A DNA stretch of 64,000 nucleotides. It comes from the human T2T-CHM13v2.0 reference genome, Homo sapiens. Both the position numbers and the translations under genes were made by a program. Below the pieces are notes generated by a model. That model saw nothing but the letters and a program-made list of their open reading frames with translations. It had not been told where the DNA came from and ran no database searches. How positions within the stretch are numbered: the stretch's first letter is position 1; every line of letters starts with the position of its first letter. The stretch is taken from the NCBI RefSeq assembly GCF_009914755.1, contig NC_060926.1. One strand, given 5' to 3'. This document shows, piece by piece, positions 58,835-64,000 of the stretch.

Positions 58835-59232
58835 CCCTGCCCAAGAACCTGCAACAGTCCCTGGACCCTGCTGATCGGAATAGTTGTGCTCACTGATGCA
58901 GCAGTAGAAACAACCCCTGCCCAAGAACCTGCAATGGTCCCTGGACCCTGCTGATTGGAATAGTTGCGCTCACCGATGCAGCAGCAGAAACAACCCTGCC
59001 CAAGAACCTGCAACAGTCCCTGGACCCTGCTGATCAGAATAGTTGAGCTCACCAGCACAGCAGCAGAAACATTAGTTTTCCTCCTAGACCACAAGGAGGA
59101 CCAAGGAAGGTCAGATTTAGTGGCCCTTACCGACGCATTCTCAAAAACGTGCACCCTTGCCTGTCCTCCTAGACCACAAGGAGGACCGAGAAAAATTGGA
59201 TTTAGTGGCCCTTACCGACACATTCTCAAAAA
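58835..59232. repeat. ERV9 leader tandem repeats (3 x about 80 bp, then 2 x about 85 bp)
   Basis: ccctgcccaagaacctgc... at 58835, 58915 and 58994; cctcctagaccacaaggagg... at about 59080 and 59165. Confidence 0.88.
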
Positions 59233-60082
59233 CCTGTTAGAGTCCTAAGCATTCTCCTGTTAGTATTAGGACTTTACCCATGTACTATAAAGATGTTATG
59301 CCCCAAAAATGAAGTGGAGGGCCATACCCTGAGGGAGGGAAGGGATCTCCAGAGTTACAAGAGTGATGCCTTTTGTCCTCACTTATATGAATAGGAAGGA
59401 TACAATTTCTGAGGCACCCCGTATCCTAGCTTCAGGAATAGTTTTTGTTAGGCCTGCTTGTCTGAGGAGGGATTCTAAAATTCCAGATAGTCCCCCCTAC
59501 GATGGGGCTTTGGGCAAAAATTATGTCTTTCTGATTGGTGAGCCCGGGTGCCTAAAGAAGGTAACAGAGTCCTGAAGTTTATACTAGAAATCATTCTTAC
59601 AGGAGAAACTAGAAAAGAATCAGAGACAGGGAGTGGTTTTTAGAAGCAGGACTAGCCTTGGAGAAGAGAGGCGAGAGGAAGTTTGTCTGACAGGCATTAG
59701 GACCCAGGAGGCAAGGGTCAGGATAGATAGGATAGATGGGCGAGTCTCGCTTGGGCGACATGACTTTGAGAGTTCCGCTCATGGCCGCAGGGTCAACCAA
59801 CTTGTTGTCGGGACCCCGGAGCTGAATGGCTTTCCTCTCTGTCAACCCTCAGCTCAGCCCAGAGGTACAGGAAAAGTGGAAGCTGGTTCCAGGCAAACCA
59901 ACGCTCCCAACTCCTAAGAGTCAGGGGTTGTTAAGAGAGCCCTTTTCCAGAAAGCCTGACACCCGTGTCCGTAGTCCAGCGGCCGTGCTAGTCGCTTTTA
60001 ACTGGCCAACAGGTGCCCAGTATTTAGCCCCCAAATTCTAAGGAAAAATAGGACAAAATAGCAAATGAAAGGGGTCCGATGG

Positions 60083-60092
60083 TACTCACCAC
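60083..60092 (-). promoter_or_regulatory. Retroviral major splice donor GTG|GTGAGTA
   Basis: Consensus-like 5' splice site about 20 nt after the PBS; the exon would end at 60090. Confidence 0.75.
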
Positions 60093-60108
60093 TTGGCGAT
60101 AATCAGTG

Positions 60109-60126
60109 GTCCCTTTGTGGTCACCA
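60109..60126 (-). promoter_or_regulatory. Primer binding site (tRNA-Arg type)
   Basis: TGGTGACCACAAAGGGAC lies 3 nt after the 5' LTR and resembles the ERV9 Arg PBS with CpG decay. Confidence 0.8.
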
Positions 60127-60129
60127 AAA

Positions 60130-61031
60130 TGTGTCTGGAATTGGTGGGTTCTTGGTCAAGCTGACTTCAAGAATGAAGCCGCGGACCCTTGCAGTGAGTG
60201 TTACAGTTCTTAAAGATGGTGTGTCCGGAGTTTGTTCCTTCTGATGTTCGGACGTGTCCGGACTTTCTTCCTTCTGATGGGTTCGTGGCCTTGTTGACTT
60301 CAGGAGTGAAGCTGCAGACCTTCGTGGTGACTGTTACAGCTCTTAAAGGCGGTGCGTCTGGAGTTGTTCATTCCTCCCGGTGGGTTCGTGGTCTCACTGA
60401 CTTCAGGAGTGAAGCTGTAGACCTTTGCGGTGACTGTTACAGTTCATAAAGGCAGTGCATCTGGACTTGCTCATTCCTCCCAGTGGGTTCATGGTCTGAC
60501 TGACTTCAGGAGTAAAGCTGCAGACCTTCACGGTGAGTGTTAACAGCTCATAAAGGTGGCGGGGACCCAAAGAGTGAGCAGCAGCAAGATTTATTGTGAA
60601 GAGCAAAAGAACAAAAAGCCTTCACAGCGTGGAAGGGGACACAAGTGGGTTGCTGCTGCTGGCTCGGGTGGCCTGCTTTTATTCCCTTATTTGGCTCCAC
60701 CCACATCCTGCTGATTGGTCAATTTTACAGAGTGCTGACTGGTCCATTTTACAGAGTGCTGATTGGTCCGTTTTATAGAGTGCTGATTGGTGCGTTTACA
60801 ATCCTTTAGGTAGACACAGAATGCTGATTGGTGCATTTACAATCCTTGAGCTAGACACAAAAGTTCTCCAAGTCCCCACCCGATTAGCTAGACACAGAGC
60901 GCTGACTGGTGCATTTACAAACCTTTAACTAGGCACAAAGCACTGATTGGTGCATTTACAATCCTTTAGCTTGACAGAAAAGTTCTCCAAGTCCCCACCC
61001 GACCCAGAAGCCCAGCTGGCTTCACCTCTCA
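60130..61031 (-). mobile_element. 5' LTR (LTR12 family), 902 bp
   Basis: Minus strand starts TGAGAGGTGAAGCCAGCTGGG. It has CCAAT-containing tandem repeats, an AATAAA-type TATA (about 60677-60683), a poly(A) signal (60590-60595) and U5 repeats. Confidence 0.95.
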
Positions 61032-61747
61032 AGATCACATGGTCTATCACTTCTTCTTATACTTGAAAAAAATGCTGCCTACAAAAGTACCTGGCTCAGC
61101 CTTCAAGAACTTAGCAAAATGCACAGTGCCTGCTTAATAAACCTTAGTGAAGGAGCACACACGACTGAGCAGTAGTAAACATTTACCAAGCCTCTGATAC
61201 GGTTCAGTTAGCTCTAAGATATATCCTTGATGTGAATAAACAATTATTTCACATAGATTTTTTTTTTTGGTGGGTACACTAAAAGCAACTCTTTCAGTAC
61301 CACAGAAATCAACATATTCCAATCAGAACGTTTTTGCCAAAAAATCTGTTCTCGCTTCCATCTACAATCTATTATCTCTACCTGGGGCAAGGATTCACCT
61401 TTCTCTTCTCTTTCCAAATGTCCCAATACAATTTACTGAGTACAGCCTAGCTTTCCCCACGGATTTCTGATCCCACCACTGCTGTTCTGTATTTTAATTT
61501 CTTAGATCCGTGAGTCTCTTTCTCAGTCCTTCATCCGGGTTTCCTTGGTTTGCCTATTCCTGTCAGTCCAGAATATTTTAATGACTCCTGCTTTACAGAC
61601 GGCAGTATGTCTTTATATCAACTTCACTACACTCAAGCATTTATTCTTCTAGAGAAAAATTTTCAATTTATTTATCTAATTTCCCTCAAGACTCCACAAT
61701 TTTACCTGCATTAACATCAACAGATTAACTTGGGGGAATCAGTATCT

Positions 61748-62398
<651 letters not shown>

Positions 62399-63242
62399 TG
62401 AGTTTTATTATTCAAACAAACAGTCTGATTTTTTTTTCCAGTTACTCTATGTTCTACAGTAACAATTTATAGTTTTCTGCACAGGTTCTGTACATTTCTT
62501 TTTACACATATTACTACACATTTCATGGTTTTTCTTGCTTTTGAAATAGGATCCTTTTTCTATCATATTTTCTAACTGATTACTGCTGACATGAAGAAAG
62601 CTATTTAGTTGTTTTATACTTCTCTTGTATCTATTTTCTGAGGCTAACATGAAACCAAACAACTTCAGTAGCTTTTCAACCTTTCTGTAAACAGAAACTT
62701 GTATTATGTATTATGGTATAAGTTTATCTTTATCTAATCAACATTTTAAATGTATCTTAAACCTAACAATTTACACATACACACACACACACGCGCGCAG
62801 TTTCTCCATACTCTTGTGCAAGTAAAACTGTCCCATAAAAGAGAGATTTCACACTGATTCCTCAGCAAGAGTCTGGGCTTTGCTTCTTGCACTTTCTAGC
62901 ATCAGAGCAACAGACCAGCTCAGCACCAAGAGTGAGTCACTATCCAATCCACCTTATTAGCCATCTAACATTCTGAATAGCTATGATATTCACGCTAATT
63001 AGGATCAAGTCAGGATCTTTTCTGCTCATGTATTATAACACATTCAAGGGTTCCCTGTGCTTGAATACTTCATTAAGGGGAGAGTCTGTCTCTAGGTGGC
63101 TTTTTCTCCCTTGTGCCCATTAAAAAACAAAACAAAAAAAAACAAGAGCCTTCAAGTTCATTCTGCCACAATGATCTCCTTCAGCTAATTCGACTATCTA
63201 ATCTTTATCAGTTCACTGATAATGGTCAAAAGTTTTCTCCTA

Positions 63243-63591
63243 TACTATGCAGCCATAAAAAAGGATGAGATGCATGTCCTTTGTAGGGACATGGATGAAG
63301 CTGGAAACCATCATTCTCAGCAAACTATCAGAAGGATGGAAAACCAAACACCGCATGTTGTTATTCACAGGTAGGAAGTGAACAATGAGAACACTTGGAC
63401 ATAGGGAGGGGAACATCACACACCAGGGCCTGTTGTGTGGTGGGGGGATGGGGGAGGGATAGCATTAGGAGAAATACCTAATGTAAATGACAAGTTAATG
63501 GGTGCAGCAAACCAACATGGCACATGTATACGTATGTAACAAACCTGCACGTTGTGCACATGTACCCTAGAACTTAAAGTATAATAATAAA
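63243..63591 (+). mobile_element. 5'-truncated L1PA 3' end
   Basis: tactatgcagccataaaaaaggatgag...ccctagaacttaaagtataataa; 15-bp TSD aaaagttt(t/c)ctccta (63228-63242 and 63592-63606). Confidence 0.92.
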
Positions 63592-63728
63592 AAAAGTTTC
63601 CTCCTAATGGATAAAAATTATTCTTTAAACTTGGAGATTTATAAACAGGTTTTCTATCTTTAAAAGTCCAGGTTGTTTTTCTTCTACATATTTAAACATT
63701 TAAAATTGCATTTAAGTATTTAACTGGC

Positions 63729-64000
63729 ATTTTATTTTTATTTATTTCATTTTTTTGAGACAGGTTCTCACTGTGTCACCTGGGCTGGAGTGCAGTGGTG
63801 CAATCTCAGCTCACTGCAACCTCTGCCCCCAGGGCTCAAGCAACTCTTCCCACCTCAGCCTCCTGAGTAGCTGGGGCTACAGGTATGCGCCACCATGCCT
63901 ATTTAATTTTTTGTATTTTTAGTAGAGACAGGGTTTTGCCATGTTGCCCAAACTCCTGAGCCCAGGTGATCCACCTGCCTTGGCCTCCCAAAGTGCTGGG
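63729..64000 (-). mobile_element. Alu (runs off the window end)
   Basis: Antisense Alu sequence. Confidence 0.88.

Overview
Primate, almost certainly human, genomic DNA; an AluYa5 carrying all five subfamily-diagnostic changes supports human. The window holds the 3' two-thirds of MBOAT2 (membrane-bound O-acyltransferase 2, a lysophospholipid acyltransferase) on the minus strand. Nine coding exons, all with canonical AG/GT boundaries and consistent phases, run from 45827 down to the stop at 16432. A long 3'UTR probably ends near an ATTAAA at 10459-10464. The upstream intron (45828 to beyond the window) contains an 8.6-kb ERV9/LTR12 provirus (52426-61031, 4-bp TSD AGAT) in the same orientation as MBOAT2. 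This provirus is a mosaic: integrase and env SU are replaced by a GA-rich tract plus a second RNase H remnant from a different retroviral lineage, and an AluY interrupts env. The rest is Alu/L1/L2/MER/LTR repeats. I found no convincing wholly new biological system. The best leads are a possible LTR12-driven N-truncated MBOAT2, the recombinant provirus, and several local templated or inverted duplications that look like repair scars. Exon numbers and repeat subfamily names come from memory of the families and were not computed; boundaries of old repeats are approximate.
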